Origin: Centroscyllium fabricii
Lineage: Eukaryota
Assembly (NCBI GenBank): GCA_051313645.2
Contig: JBNRSN020000004.1
Location: 302,374,001 to 302,438,000, forward strand
Reading direction: 5' to 3'
Length of the DNA: 64,000 nt
The first letter of the stretch is position 1, and every line of letters starts with the position of its first letter. The translations under genes and the position numbers were made by a program. Of the stretch, positions 12,750 to 26,600 are shown piece by piece. A model generated the notes under the pieces. That model did no database searches. It was not told the DNA's origin and saw only the letters and a list, made by a program, of their open reading frames with translations.

Positions 12750-12960
12750 AAGAATGTGCATTTATCTAGTGCCTTTATAGTAGTAAAACATCCCAAGGTG
12801 CTTCATAGGAGCGTTATCAGACAAAATTTGGCACCTAGCCACATATTAGGACAGGTTGGTCAAAGAGGTAGGTTTTAAGGAGCTTCTTAAAGGAGGAGAG
12901 TGAGGCAGCGAAGCAGAGGTTCAGGGAGGGAATTACTCGCTAGCTGTGTGGCCTCTAGCC
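12750..12960 (-). mobile_element. L2 3'-end fragment
   Basis: Reverse complement of the L2 tail at about 10330-10545. Confidence 0.6.
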
Positions 12961-14380
12961 TTGAGCAGGATAGTTTGCTGCTTGCTCCATCTACAAGAGC
13001 CTGCAAGGTGTCGTTGCTCTCACTCAGCTTCCATTTACTCCACTTGGAGCAGTTTTCCAGAGTCGCAGCTGTAGTTGTGGAAAATGCGCTGGTTATACCA
13101 ACTAAAGCTCACTTAACAAGTGACTTGGCAGCATTATTGTAGGTATGTTCTAATTGGCTGAACCACTGTGCATGTGTTGTATTGAATCCCATGTCATGAA
13201 AATCGCGTGTTACTGAGACACCATTAAAAAAAATCAGTGCAAAACAACCTCTCACTTTATAATTTTTTTTGTGTGAAGAATTGCAACCCCTCCAGTGTCA
13301 ACACATTATGGTGATGTGTATTCTTTTGAAGCTGGTTTCCACTATTTGGGGGGCGGAGGGGGTGGAAGAAGAGAGAATTAGCCTTGCAGATTCAGAAAGC
13401 TGCACCTTGTATTTTATTTTAAAAGATGCAAATGTTTACTACTTTGATTGAAAGATAAAAATATCTCTGGGGTTGGATTTAGCGGGTGTTTTCTACCTGT
13501 GATTTTCCTGTGGGAGTTAAGTTTCTTTCATTGCTCTTTTGGTTATTACAGATTGAGCACCGTTAATCCATTACCTGAAAAACCGGCAGCTTCAGTCGTC
13601 TGTCATAAATTGCCCCAACTGCCCTGCGTAACAAAATAGACGAGTTGATGGTCCAAATAACTACACATGGGTATGATCTGGTGGCCATTACAGAAACATG
13701 GCTGCAAGGTGACCATGACTAGGAACTAAACATCAAGGGGTATTTGACAATTAGGAAGGACAGACAGGAAGGAAAGGGAGGTGGGGTAGCTATGTTAATA
13801 AAGGATGGAATCACTGCAATAGTGCAAAATAATATTGGGTCAAAGGATCAGGATAGTGAAACAGTTTGGGTGGCGATACGGAATAATAAGGGGGAAAAGC
13901 CACTCGTGGGCGTAGTCTATAGGCCTCCTAACAGTTGCAACTCTGTTGGTCAGAGTATAAATCAGGAAATATTTGGGGCTTGTAATAAGGGAACAGCTGT
14001 AATCATGGGGGATTTTAACTTTCATATTGACTGGACAAATCAAATTGGGCAGGGCAGCCTTGAGGAAGAGTTTATAGAGTGCATTAGGGATGGGTTCCTT
14101 GAGCAGTATGTAACTGAACTAACCGGGGGCAGGCAATCTTAGATCTGGTCCTGTGTAAAAACAGAAAGGCAGACTATTATCTGAATGGCAATAGATTGGG
14201 AGAAGGGTAAGTGCAACGAGACCTGGGTGTTCTTGTGCACCAGTCTCTGAAGTTAAGCATGCAGGTGCAGCAGGCGGTGAAGAAGGTAAATTAGCAAAAA
14301 ATATAAAAGCAGATAGCAAGTGTTTCTACAGTTATATAAAGAGAAAAAGGGTGGCTAAAGTGAATGTTGGTCCCTTAGAG

Positions 14381-14730
14381 CAGCGGTCCCCAACCTTTTT
14401 TGCACCACGGACCAGTTTCATGCAGGACAATTTTTCCACGGACCATGGACCAGTTTCATGCAGGACAATTTTTCCACGGACCGGGGGGGAAGAATTAGCT
14501 TGTGGGCTTAATTTATCGGTGCATGGAAAAAAACTGCGACTGAGACAAGTGCGGAAAAGAGGCACAGACGGAAGTGGTAATTTTTCTAAATAAAACACCC
14601 TGCAGACTGCGATAGTCAATAAAATGGAAATAAAATACAAATTAAAACATTTTTATTCTTTCTGTGCGGCCCGGTACCAAATGATCCACGGCCCGGTACC
14701 GGTCCGCGGCCCGGTAATTGGGGACCCCTG
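14381..14730. mobile_element. hAT (Charlie-type) MITE
   Basis: TIRs CAGCGGTCCCCAA / TTGGGGACCCCTG; perfect 8-bp TSD CCTTAGAG (14373-14380, 14731-14738). Confidence 0.93.
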
Positions 14731-16077
14731 CCTTAGAGGACGAGACCGGGAAATTAGTGGTGGGGAACATGGAGATGGCAAAAATGCTGAACAAATATTT
14801 TGTATCCGTCTTTACAGTAGAGGACACTAAAAATATCCCAACACTGGACAAACTATGGCTATGAGGGGGAGGAGCTAAACATGATTAAAATCACTAAGGA
14901 GGTGGTACTCGGTAAAATAATGGGACTAAAGGCAGATAAATCCCCTGGACCTGATGGTTTACATCCTAGGGTCTTGTGAGAAGTAGCGCTAGGGATTGTG
15001 GATGCATTGGTGGTAATTTTCTAAACTCCCTGGATTCAGGGAAGGTCCCAGCGGATTGGAAAACTGCTAATGTAATGCCTTTATTTAAAAAGGGTAGTAG
15101 ACAGAAGGCTGGAAATTATAGACCAGTTAGCCTAACATCTGTGGTTGGTAAAATGTTGGAGTCCATTATTAAGGAAGCAGTAACAGGGCATTTGGATAAG
15201 CATAATTTAATCGGACAGAGTCAGCATGGTTTTATGAAGGGGAAGTCATTTTTGACAAATTTGCTCGAATTCTTTGAGGATGTAACAAACAGGGTGGTTT
15301 AAAGGGAACCAGTTGATGTGGTGTATTTGGACTTCCAAAAGGCATTTGACAAGGTGCCACACAAAAGATTACTGCACAAGATAAAAAATCACAGGATTGG
15401 GGGTAATATACTGGCATGGGTGGAAGATTGGCTATCTAACAGAGAACAGAGAGTTGGGATAAATGGTTCATTCTCGGGTTGGCAATCACTAACTAGTGGT
15501 GTTCCGCAGAGGTCAGTGCTGGGACCCCAACTCTTTACAATCTATATTAATGATTTGGAGGAAGGGACCGAGTGCAATGTTTCCAAGTTTGCCGACGATA
15601 CAAAGATGGGAAGGAAAGCAGTGAGTGAAGAGGACATAAAAAACCTGCAAAGGGACATAGACAGGCTAAGTGAGTGGGCAAAAATTTGGCAGATAGAATA
15701 TAATGTTGGAAAGTGTGAGGTTATGCACTTTGGCAGAAAAAATCAAAGAGCAAGTTATTATCTAAATGGAGAGAAATTGCGAAGTGCTATAGTACAAAGG
15801 GATCTGGGGGTCCTGGTGCATGAAACACAGAAGGTTAGTATACAGGTACAGCAGGTTATCCGGAAGGCCAATAGAATCTTAGATTTTATTGCAAGGGGGG
15901 TGGAGTGTAAAAACAGGGAAGTCTTGCTGCAGTTATACAAGGTACTGGTGAGGCCACACCTGGAATACTGCGTACAGTTTTGGTTTCCATATTTAAGAAA
16001 AGATATACTTGCACTCGAGGCAGTTCAGAGAAGGTTCACTCGGTTGATTCTGGAGATGAGGGGGGTTGACTTATGAG

Positions 16078-16466
16078 GAAACATAGAAGATAGGAGCAGG
16101 AGTAGGCCATTCGGCCCCTTGAGCCCGCTCCGCCATTCAATGAGATCATGGCTGATCATCCAAATTCAGTACCCTGTCCCTGCCCTCTCCCCATATCCCT
16201 CGATCCCTATCGAGCCTGCACCGACACATATCCCACCCTGTCCCCGTAACCCCATATATTCAATCACCCTAACACTAAGGGTCAATTTATCATGGCCAAT
16301 CAACCTAACCCGCACATCTTTGGACTGTGGGAGGAAACCGGAGCACCCGGAGGAAACTCACGCAGACACGGGGAGAATGTGCAAACTCCACACAGATAGT
16401 ATCCGAGGCTGGATTTGAACTCGGGTCTCCAGTGCTGTGAGGCAACAGTGCTAACCGTGCCGCCCC
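16078..16466 (-). mobile_element. HE1-type V-SINE, near full length
   Basis: Minus strand: tRNA head GGGGCGGCACGG...GAGTTCAAATCC, V-domain GTGTGGAGTTTGCACATTCTCCCCGTG, CR1-type tail TTCTATGT. Confidence 0.88.
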
Positions 16467-17031
16467 TTAAATGCATCTATGCTGGTCTCCTCAACCACTC
16501 CATCAGGTAGCAAGTTCCACATTCGCACCACATATATATGGTGAGTAGGTTGGGCCTCTACTCATTGGAATTCAGAAGAATGAGAGGCGATCTTATCAAA
16601 ACATATAAGATTGTGAGGGGGCTTGATCGGGTGGATGCGTTGAGGATGTTTCCACTGATGGGTGAGACTAGAACTAGGGGGCATGATCTTAGAATAAGGG
16701 GCTGCCCTTTCAAAACTGAGATGAGGAGAAACTTCTTCACTCAGAGGGTAGTAAATCTATGGAATTTGCTACCTCGGAGAGCTGTGGAAGCTGCAACATT
16801 AAATAAATTTAAAACGGAGATGGACAGTTTCCTAGCTGATAAGGGAATAAGGGGTTACAGGGAGCGGGCAGGGAAGTGGATGGATGTGAGTAAGTTCGGA
16901 TCAGCCATGATCCTATTGAATGGCGGAGCCTTTTTGGATCCTGTAATGACTGCCACATCTGGTTTGGTTGCATGTTTTATAGGGGCTGTGGCCCCCTTTT
17001 CTAGAGAACCTTTCTAAATGCACATATATAT

Positions 17032-17240
17032 GTGGTGCGAATGTGGAACTTGCTACCTGATGGAGTGGTTGAGGAGACTAGCATAGATGTATTTAAGGGG
17101 AAGCTAGATAAATACATGGTTGAGGAAGGAATACCTGTAGTAGGATATGCTGATAGGGCAAGATGAAATATGGTGGGAGGAGGCTCGTGTGGAGCATAAT
17201 CACCGCCATAAGCTAGTTTGGTCGAATGGCCTATTTCTGA
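17032..17240 (+). mobile_element. CR1 3'-end fragment
   Basis: VRMWNLLP..FKGKLDKYM-type C-terminus plus CR1 UTR motif GAATGGCCTATTTCTG. Confidence 0.7.
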
Positions 17241-17914
17241 GCTGGGGGCAACATGTGATACAGTCAATGGATATCTATAAATAAAGGCCTGGATTTTCCG
17301 GGGCTTGTCATAAGTGCCCCACAAGTTCTGGAAAACCCGGAACATGCGATCTGTCAAGTTTCCTCTTGACAGATCGTACCAATCCACAGGAAATGGACAA
17401 TTTCCCAACTCCTGCCCAGCGAATGCCCACGACACGCTTATGCCTGGTAAAAGCAGGCATACGGCCGCCTTTTAGCAGTGTAAGGGTCTAAATAAATATT
17501 AATTTTTTTTAATGATTTTACCATACAAAAGCCTTTAAAATTAGTTTAGGTTATTGAAAAATATTTACATTTATTTTTCAAAAAATTACATTTTTGTTTT
17601 AAATGTTTAATTAAATTGTATTTTAATTAATTTTGACCATGTGTTGATTTCTTTTTATTTCCGTGCTATGATAGTGTGCTTTTTTTTTTAGAGGATTCCT
17701 ATTAAGCTTATGGGGATTCTGTACGTAAATAGAATCACATAAGCATAATGGAAATCCTCCTTTGTGATTGGTTGGGCCGGCCCACGTGATCGTGCGAACC
17801 GCCTGTGCCCTGGACACGTGGGCCTTTACACAGGTGTACGTCTGCAAGCCAAGGAGCACGAGTCTTCGAAGGTACGGAGGCACCAGGTAGGATCGGACTT
17901 TACACACAGAAACA

Positions 17915-18120
17915 CACACAGAAGATAGGAGCAGGAGTAGGCCATTCGAGCCTGTTCTGCCATTTTTTGATGAGATCATGGCTGATCATCCAAACGCAGC
18001 ACCCCTCTCCTACCCTCTCCCCACATCCCCTGACACCCCCAACTCTAAGAACTATATCTCACACACATACTCATGGGCAATTTTTGGTATCTCCAATTCA
18101 CCTAACCTGCATGTCTTTAC
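17915..18120 (-). mobile_element. HE1/V-SINE 3' fragment
   Basis: Similar to 16080-16320 (GATAGGAGCAGGAGTAGGCCATTCG ... CCTAACCTGCATGTCTTT). Confidence 0.65.
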
Positions 18121-18672
18121 TTGCGGTTTGGAGGCATTCGACCGTGGGAAGCCTCCAATCGCAATTTGCAGCCTAAAGTGTTTGCGCTGGTTTTATCTGA
18201 CTACTGTTTTATGAGATGTCTGGGTCAAAAATTAAAGTTTGGCTGTGGTTTCCAAAACCTACATGGTAATATGATGGACAGCAACTTTTCCATTATAAAT
18301 GTTTTAAAAAATCTTCAGACGATGGCAATGGTTTGTTCCATATTATGTTATATTGCGTGTATTGTGTTGCGTACTGTGGCGAGAAATGGTTTCTCAGGCC
18401 CATACGCGGCCAACTAAAACATTTTCGGATCACATTCCCACTTATTAGGCCTCTTTCCCATCTCCTTGGAGAGGAGGAACAGAGATATTTAGCCAGTTCA
18501 GGAGCCCCCTGTCAAATCTTCCTCTCTGACCCACCCCTCTTCCCTATAGGCGATCAGGCAAGGCCCAGGAGGCCTCGAACCTCACTTGTTTTCCAGAAAT
18601 CGGAACTGAAAATAGAAAATGTTGGAAATACAAACAAAGTCAACCTGGATACTATAAAGAGTTACACCTGAC

Positions 18673-19530
18673 GGGGACAATTTTCAGGGAGCCCCGGTTT
18701 TTGGGCGGGGCTGCAACGAAAATAACTAAAACGGGGGACCGCAACCCCTCCCGCCGCCTTCCCGCCCGCTTGTCAGTTTCACCCGGCGAGTCCGATCGGC
18801 CAGCCTCCGTCCCGCCCGGCATTGGCGGGGATGCTAGTTAGGTTCATTAGGGCCCTTAATTGGCATTGGTTATGCCATTTTAAGGGCCACTTGCTTTTTT
18901 GAGCCTCTTCCCACCCAAAACCCGCCTGGTGGGAACACCGCCGTTGAAAGTTGGTGGGCACTGAATCGTCTTGGTGACTGCCACCTTCAAGGCATGGAAA
19001 CAGCAGCCACAGAACGGCTTGCTTGCCTCCAACATGCTAGAGGTGTAACTGTCTCCCAAGGGTGCCAAACTTCAGTGGCCAAAAACCTTTAAATCACTTA
19101 CCTGCCAGCTGCGTCCCTGTGCCTCAGAGACAACGCGTTGCGAGCTTGTCTGTAAAGCAAAGCAGTTACATTGTCAATCATCCAGTGGATTAGTTTCTGT
19201 TTACATTCCACTGAAACCACAAACAAACAGAGCCAGCCTAGTTAAAGCTGTCACTCGATTACATCTGTTTACATTCCATTGTGACCTCACAAAGCCCTCA
19301 AACCACAGCAAGAAAAACAGCAGATCTGCCAATCATCGGCTCTGCTGCTGACAACATCCAAAGCCCGCCCGCTTTCTGTGTAAAATGAATCAATTGCCAA
19401 GGTCTTCCCACACTTGGGGACTTAATTGGCCAATTAAGCCAAAATTGCATGGGGCTTCCACACCCTTCAGAAAGCGGGAAGATCAGTGGGGATCCCACCC
19501 ATTTCCCATACCTTCAGGAAAATTGATCCC
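18673..19530. mobile_element. Non-autonomous relative of the 35618-40951 Harbinger
   Basis: TIRs GGGGACAATTTTC / GAAAATTGATCCC; 18837-18888 resembles 35774-35826 (GGGCCCTTAATTGGCAT...CCATTTTAAGG). Confidence 0.7.
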
Positions 19531-22500
19531 GAAGTGTTAATCTGCCTCTTCTCTTCCCTTTACAGAGGCTGACTGACCTACTGTCTATTTCCAGCATTTT
19601 CTTGTCTTTTTTTTAAACTTCAACTTTTCCAGATCTGCTCGGAAATGTAAATACTAATATCGAGAATGTCTAGAAATATGACTGGAGGAGTCTTCTGAAT
19701 GAGGCCCAAGGAAGCTAGCCTTATACATGTACTTTCATCTGAGGTCGCGAGACCTTCTAATGCACAGGGGTCCCCAGCCTACTGGGAATAATGAAATCCA
19801 GTGTCAAGGAAATGGCCAAGAAGCGATTTTAGTGAACCACGTATAGATTTTGATCTTCTGTAGCACTGCAGTCCAGGATCTGCTGTATGGTTTTAAATGT
19901 TTATCGTGTACCCACTGAAGCCTGAACACCAACACAACAGCAGTTTGCTGTAATAACGAGTCAGTCTTGTAATATGTTACTTCAGAGCAGGGGAGTTCTC
20001 CCTGGACTTCTGGTCAATATTTATCCCTCAATCAACACCACTAAAAACACATTGCTGTGTGCAAATTGGCTGCTGCGTTACTTACATTACAACAGCAACT
20101 ACTCTTCAAAAGTACTTCATTGGCTGTAAAGCACTTTGGGACGTACTAAGGTTGTGAAAGGTGCTATATAAATGCAAATCATTTTTCAAAGTAAAAATAT
20201 TACACACCTAACTGATATTGTAAAGATACAGGTCTCCGATATATTGGAAAACCTTTAACCCAGCACTTTACCTGGACCTTAATTTGTTCTTTCCTCCCCG
20301 AAACCTTTTAATCCCAGTTATTCACGTAATTTTTGGGGGGTTCTGTGTCCCACAGCCAATTTTTAGTATTTGCTTGGAACGCAATATTTTCTTTCTCTCC
20401 CCCCCCCCCCCCCCCCCCCTTCATTTTCCTCCTTTTCCCATTATTTACATGATTTTGTACAAGTTATTTTTTTCCTACCCTTTACTTCCCATGTTGGAGT
20501 TGAATTTCGTACTGAAGTTGCAGCTGCTGTTAGTGCAGCACTGCCCAGGGAGGCTTGCCACCAAGTCCTCAACGGCCAGCACTTGGAACAGGTGGCCATT
20601 TGCCCTGGTCTGGTCTGGTCTGGGTGGTTCATTTACTTTGTCTGAAACGTTTTTGGTCAACGTAAGAATTTCTCACCAACATTCTCCCCCACTGGCTCGA
20701 ACATGAACATTCGTGCCCCTCAGTGACACAAAAAAACCCTTGTGCCAAACATCATTGTTTGACCTGAATTTTTAATTAATGGTTTCAACTGCTGAAATAT
20801 TTTGATTTTTCTGCCACTTGTCTATGACAGTTCTTTGTCATTTTTCTGGCTGGTTGTCACTCTCTACTATTTTCACCCTGGTCCTGTGGCAATTTCTGTG
20901 ATTCCTCCCCCTCCCGCTTGCATGCTGCACACTTTCTCTACAGAACCGAGGGCTCGGTGGACCTTCTATACCTGTCACGGTGCACTCTGGGTATTGAAGT
21001 TCCACAGGTTCCGGATGAAAACTGCAGTTCCCAATGTTTATTACTGTGCAAAAAAAACTGTTCCCTATTGCAAGGAAGAGGGCTGAATTTATTCAGTAGC
21101 ACTTCCATTCCAACTTGTATCGATTTATAGAGCATGTCTTTCATTTGTGTGGGTAAGTCATTGTTTATTGATCAGTGACTGTTTGAAAAGCTGTGTAGGT
21201 GACCCCAAGGCCAGCTCTCTGTGGTTAAAATTGGCTGTAAGGTATCTTGATCACTTAACTCTTACTTCAAATAGCTATTTATCTTTATTCAAAAAAATAT
21301 TCCAAGTCATGACAAGTGACATAAAATTGCATTAAATATTTCAGGTTTATTTGCAGCCTAAGATTGAAGAGGAATAAAGTTATTAAATTTTAAAATAACG
21401 TTCTACAGACTTGCCTCTTACAGAACTCCATCTTTACTGCTTTGGCTGGAGCAGGCTACCTAAAAACCTATTGGCTCAATAGTACATCATCAGATACTAG
21501 TTGTTAAGGTAATGTGTCTAACTTACATAGTCAAACTGATATGAAATATATGACGCATTGATAGTAAGGAATGTCTGTGGACGTTCCAACTATGTCATCA
21601 TTTCTTCCTTCCTTAAAAACAAACAGGTGTGCTTTTGTTTTTATAACCAGATTGTTCTGTTGCTGCTTCTCATCTGCACTCATTCTTACTGATCCTGTAA
21701 TACAATAATTTGCTGCTTCTTACAACTATATATAGGTAATTATTAGTTTCATTTAGAAACTTCATCCTTTTAACATCTCTCCCAAGACTTTCTGGGTAAT
21801 TAATATCACTATAGGATCTTATTCCAGGAAGTTCACTTGGTGATGGGCTTTAGTCTTCTTGCCTTAAGAATGAATGATATTCCCAAATCATGGAAGGCAA
21901 GACTTTGTCATGGAGAATAATGCTAAATATGTTCCAACACACTGGGGAGGGAGAGCTGGGTGATTTAATAATTGTATACAAGGTATATTTTACCCATTGG
22001 CAGCCAGTGAATCAATAGCCAAAGCAAGAAAATTCTCAACTTCATTCCAAGACATCACGTATTCCAAGACTGTCTCAATGAATTTAGTTTGGCCTCTTTA
22101 GATGCTGAGAAGTTAGTGGAGTGCACCTTCTTGAGAGGGGTTCTGGTGGTTAGAGTTTGAGGATGCCTTTTCCTGGTGAGATAGCATTGCTTTTGTTTTT
22201 CTTCAAATGTGACATTAAACTGATATTCCCATCAGCATATTCTGGTCATTCAGGTGAACATAAAGGATTCCTGGCACTTTTCAAAGAACAGTAAGGAGTT
22301 CTCCTGATGCCCTGGGCAATATTTCTCCCTCAACCAACATCGCCAAAACAGATTAACTGGTCGAACATCTTGTTTGCTCTTTGTAGGACCATGATGTGTG
22401 TAAATTGTCTGCTGAGTATACTCTCATCAGCACCTCAAAAACCAATTCATTGCATGTGACTTGCTCTGGGACATTGAGAGATATGATGCGGCATTATGTA

Positions 22501-23640
22501 ACGGTAAGCCCATGCTTGCTTTCTTGTCCTGCTCATCAGCTGTCTTGAAGCAAAAGGTATGTGCAAAGGAGGGCAGCCATACCAAGTGCTTTGGAACAGT
22601 TTATTGACACACTTCAATCTTATTAGAGGTTATGGATGAGCAGAGACTGAGTATAACCGGGAGATCCTTCAGATAAAGATTTCTCCAAACCACATCACCT
22701 GTAGTACAACACACATGTCGGCATCTAAAAAGAGCTGGTTTGATTATCTGATGCAATCATGGAATTAAATGTTGAGAAGCAGCTGGATATTATTGTCAGG
22801 ACGCCTTGTCCTAAATGAAAACCCTTCTAATTGGAAATCAGATTATTCAAAGAATTTTCATAAAATCTGTGGAGTGGCAATTCAAAGGTGATTAAGGAGG
22901 TATACTTATGGGGTCCTTGTCCTTTTTCAGCATCCAAATATCTGGGTGGCACCAGTGTTAGTAATTTCATGAAACACTTTTTCAGAAGCAGAGGAGCCAA
23001 CTGAGATGATTATCCTTTAATAAGTCAGTGGAGAAACCATCAGAGCTAGGAGCCTCATTAGCACGGAGCTAATATATAGCTTGGAGTTCCTCAACCATAG
23101 TAATGGGTGTATTCAAAGCTGTCCAGTCGACTTTAGATGCATTGGAGAGAGAGCGCAAGTAGTCCCAAATAGCAGTTCAGAATGCTCTTGGTTTCTGACT
23201 TAACACAGGTCAGAGTAAAGCCAACTAAACTCCCTGTGGTAACCGTTATATGTACTATTATTACCGTGTGGCGACACGCCCACCAGGACCATCGAATCCG
23301 CCTCGGAAGACTGCGAGACGGCCCCGCCCTCCGGGCGGCGTGATGACATCACCGTGACTTACGGCGTGATGACGTCACCAGGTGGACGACCGGCAGTGAC
23401 GTCACCAACTGCGGGACCTTTAAATACCGTGGTTCCAGGTTGCTCAGCTCTTTCGCCACCTGGCCTTAGCAGTGTTAGTATTAAATGATAACTTTCCGAA
23501 TCTTCTTTGTCCAGTGTGGTTCTTCAGCCCTGCATGCCTCTACAGTGGTGACCTCGATACTTGGAACGAATTCCAAGGGAACAATGAAGCAGTCGCTGCA
23601 GGACTGAGGGCCAAGCTGCCTCAGTTGAATCGCAACCACC

Positions 23641-26600
23641 ATGCCAGCAGGGATCGAAACAGCACGCCACCACAGACGGGGCCAGAACTACGGCCAAATC
23701 CCAAACTTACCTGAGTTCTGGGAACTCCGTCCAGCGGCCTGGTTCCTCAACACGGAGAACACCTACCGCATCTATGGCGTGCAGGGGGACGATCGTTACA
23801 GCCTGCTCTTCGCGGCCCTTTCGCAGCCCACGATCGACCGAATGTGGGCATCAATCCAGCAAGAACCAACTGCTGGCAGGTACGAAACGCTTAAGGCCGC
23901 GCTGCTAGAAAAATTTACCCCCACCCAATTTGAGCGCGACTGCCAGCTCATCAACCTCCCCGATCTCGGGAACGCAGACCCATCGGACCTTTGGGCCCAA
24001 TTTGAAGCGCTTAATTGCGACCCGGCCACCATTAAACGCGCCTTGTTCCTCCTTAAACTGCCCCCCTCCGTCAGACCGGCTCTGACGGTCCTTGAGCACT
24101 ATACCAAGGAGCAACTGGCCCACGAGGCCGACAAGCTGATGAGGGCCGAGCGCACCCGAGCCGCCACGTGCCAACCCACTGCCGCTCCACCGCAGCAGTA
24201 CTACGCGCACCCCAGGCCCGGCCCCAGGTTCCAACCCAGAGCGGTGCGGACCCACAAAAAGCCACGCACCACAGGCCCCGGCTGGTGCTACTACCACACC
24301 AGGTTCGAAGCCAAAGCGCAGCGCTGCGTCCAGCCCTGCACCTTCAAACCCCAAACCAGCCCAAGCCCCACCATGTCCGTAGGCCGCTCCGGAGCACTGC
24401 TCTTCGTCACAGACAGCGGCTCAGGCCTCCGCTTCCTCTGCGACACAGGCGCGCAGCACAGCATCGTGCCAGCCTCCTCCGCAGAAACCAAGCAAGGCAC
24501 CCAAGGCCCACCACTTGAAGCCGCAAACGGCTCCGAGATAGTTACGTTCGGCACCCGCCAGCTTACTATCAAGCTAGCAGGCCACACGTACAAGTGGGAC
24601 TTCATCACAGCACAAGTCAAAATACCCCTACTCGGGGCCGACTTTCTGTGCGCCCACGGCCTACTGGTCGACGTTACCAGACGCCGCCTGGTCGACATCC
24701 ACAACATGTCGACCATCCCATGCTCCACAGGGCCGGCACACCAGACCCACGCAGCGTCCCACTGCCGAGCCCGGAACTCCGACACGTACGCCATGCTGCT
24801 CGCGGAGTTCCCAGCCCTAACCAACCCCACCTTCACAGCCCGCACGGCCAAGCACGGGGTGGAGCATCACATCACCACCAAAGGCCCCCCAGTCCATGCC
24901 CACGCACGCAGGCTGGACCCGGCCAAGCTAGAGATCGCGCGCGCCGAGTTCCACATCATGGAATAACTCGGCATAATCCGCCGCTCCAGCAGCCCCTGGG
25001 CCTCTCCCCTCCACATCGCCCCCAAACCCGGCGGTGGCTGGCGCCCCTGCGGAGACTACCGCCGCCTCAACAACGCCACCACCCCAGACAGGTACCCCGT
25101 CCCCCACATCCAAGATTTCTCAGCAAGGCTAGCCGGCTGCACGGTCTTTTCCAAGATCGACCTGGTACGGGGCTACCACCAGGTAACGGTGCACCCGGCG
25201 GACGTCCCTAAGACAGCCGTCATTACCCCATTTGGCTTATTTGAATTCCTCCGAATGCCCTTCGGACTCAAAAACGAGGCCCAGGCCTTCCAACGCCTCA
25301 TGGACTCAGTCCTACGGGACTTGCAGTTCACGTTCGTCTATCTCGACGACATCCTCGTGGCCAGCACCTCCCCCCAGGAACACCTCCTCCATCTCCGGGC
25401 CCTTTTCAACCGCCTGGCCGAACACGGCCTTATATTAAGCCCCTCCAAATGTCGATTCGGCCTCGAGACGATCGACTTCCTCGGCCACCACATCTCCCAG
25501 ACCGGGGCCATAACCCTGCCCTCCAAGGTGCAGGCGGTCCAGGAATTTCCCCGCCCGCACTCCATCAAGGGGCTGCAGGAATTCCTTGGGATGGTTAATT
25601 TCTACAACCGCTTCATCCCAGGAGCAGCCGCTCTCATGGCCCCCCTCTACCACGCCACCCGCGGGCAGTCCAACAAGGCTGCGGTCGAGTGGACGGCCGA
25701 AGCCTCCACCGCCTTCACCGCAACCAAACCGCCCTGGCCAACGCCACGCTCCTCAGCCACCCTAGGCCCAACGCCAGGGTAGCCCTCACCACCGACGCCT
25801 CCGACCGCGCCGTCGGAGCAGTCTTTGAGCAGTGGACAGGCGACTCCTGGCAACCCCTGGCCTTTTTCAGCCGACAACTCCGGCCCCCGGAGGTCAAGTA
25901 CAGCGCCTTCGATAGGGAGCTACTCGCTCTCTACCTCGCGGTGCGCCACTTCCGCTTCCTCCTAGAGGGCCGCCACTTTACAGCCTTCGTGGATCACAAG
26001 CCACTTGTGTCTGCAATGGCTAAGATCTCTGAACCCTGGTCGGCCAGGCAGCAGCGCCAGCTCGCGGCTGTGTCGGAATTCACTACCGACATTCAGCACA
26101 TCGCCGGCCGCGACAACGTGGTCGCTGACTGCCTCTCACGCCCACCATCAACTCCGTTCAAACGGCCGTCGACTACACCAAAATGGCGGCCGACCAACTG
26201 ACCGACCCCGATCTGCTCGACCCAGCTACCAACCTCCCCGGCCTGCTCTTGGCCACCGTAGCACACGGGCCCACAGCCACGGAGGTCCGCTGCGACGTCT
26301 CCCTCCCGCAGCCCAGACCCGTTGTCCCCCACGCATGGAGGCGACACATCTTCCAGACCCTCCATGACCTGTCCCACCCCGGTGTCCGCGGGTCCACAAA
26401 GCTCATCTCTGCGCGATTCGTTTGGCGCGGCCTGCGCAAGGATGTCCGCGCCTGGACCAACTCCTGCAATGCCTGCCAGCGCGCCAAGGTGCACAAGCAC
26501 ATCAAGGCACCAGTGGAAACGATCGCCATCCCAGCTAGACGCTTCAGCCACGTCCACATCGACCTGGTCGGACCACTACTACCATCACGGGGACATACAC

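Larger units (their letters stand above)
13624..16930 (+). mobile_element. CR1 LINE (APE endonuclease + RT), disrupted by a hAT MITE and a SINE
   Basis: AITETWL, GGGVAMLIK, VVYRPP, MGDFN; NYRPVSLTS, YLDFQKAFDKVPH, GVPQxSVLGP, KFADDTK; CR1 3' UTR. Confidence 0.93.

Noticed and set aside
12960-13148. Possible non-coding CAP exon ending in AG|GTATGT
   Set aside because: Only a donor-like motif; no acceptor, promoter or transcript evidence
20200-23230. Possible old repeats or exons in an AT-rich stretch
   Set aside because: No recognisable motif or convincing splice pair apart from a Deu-SINE fragment
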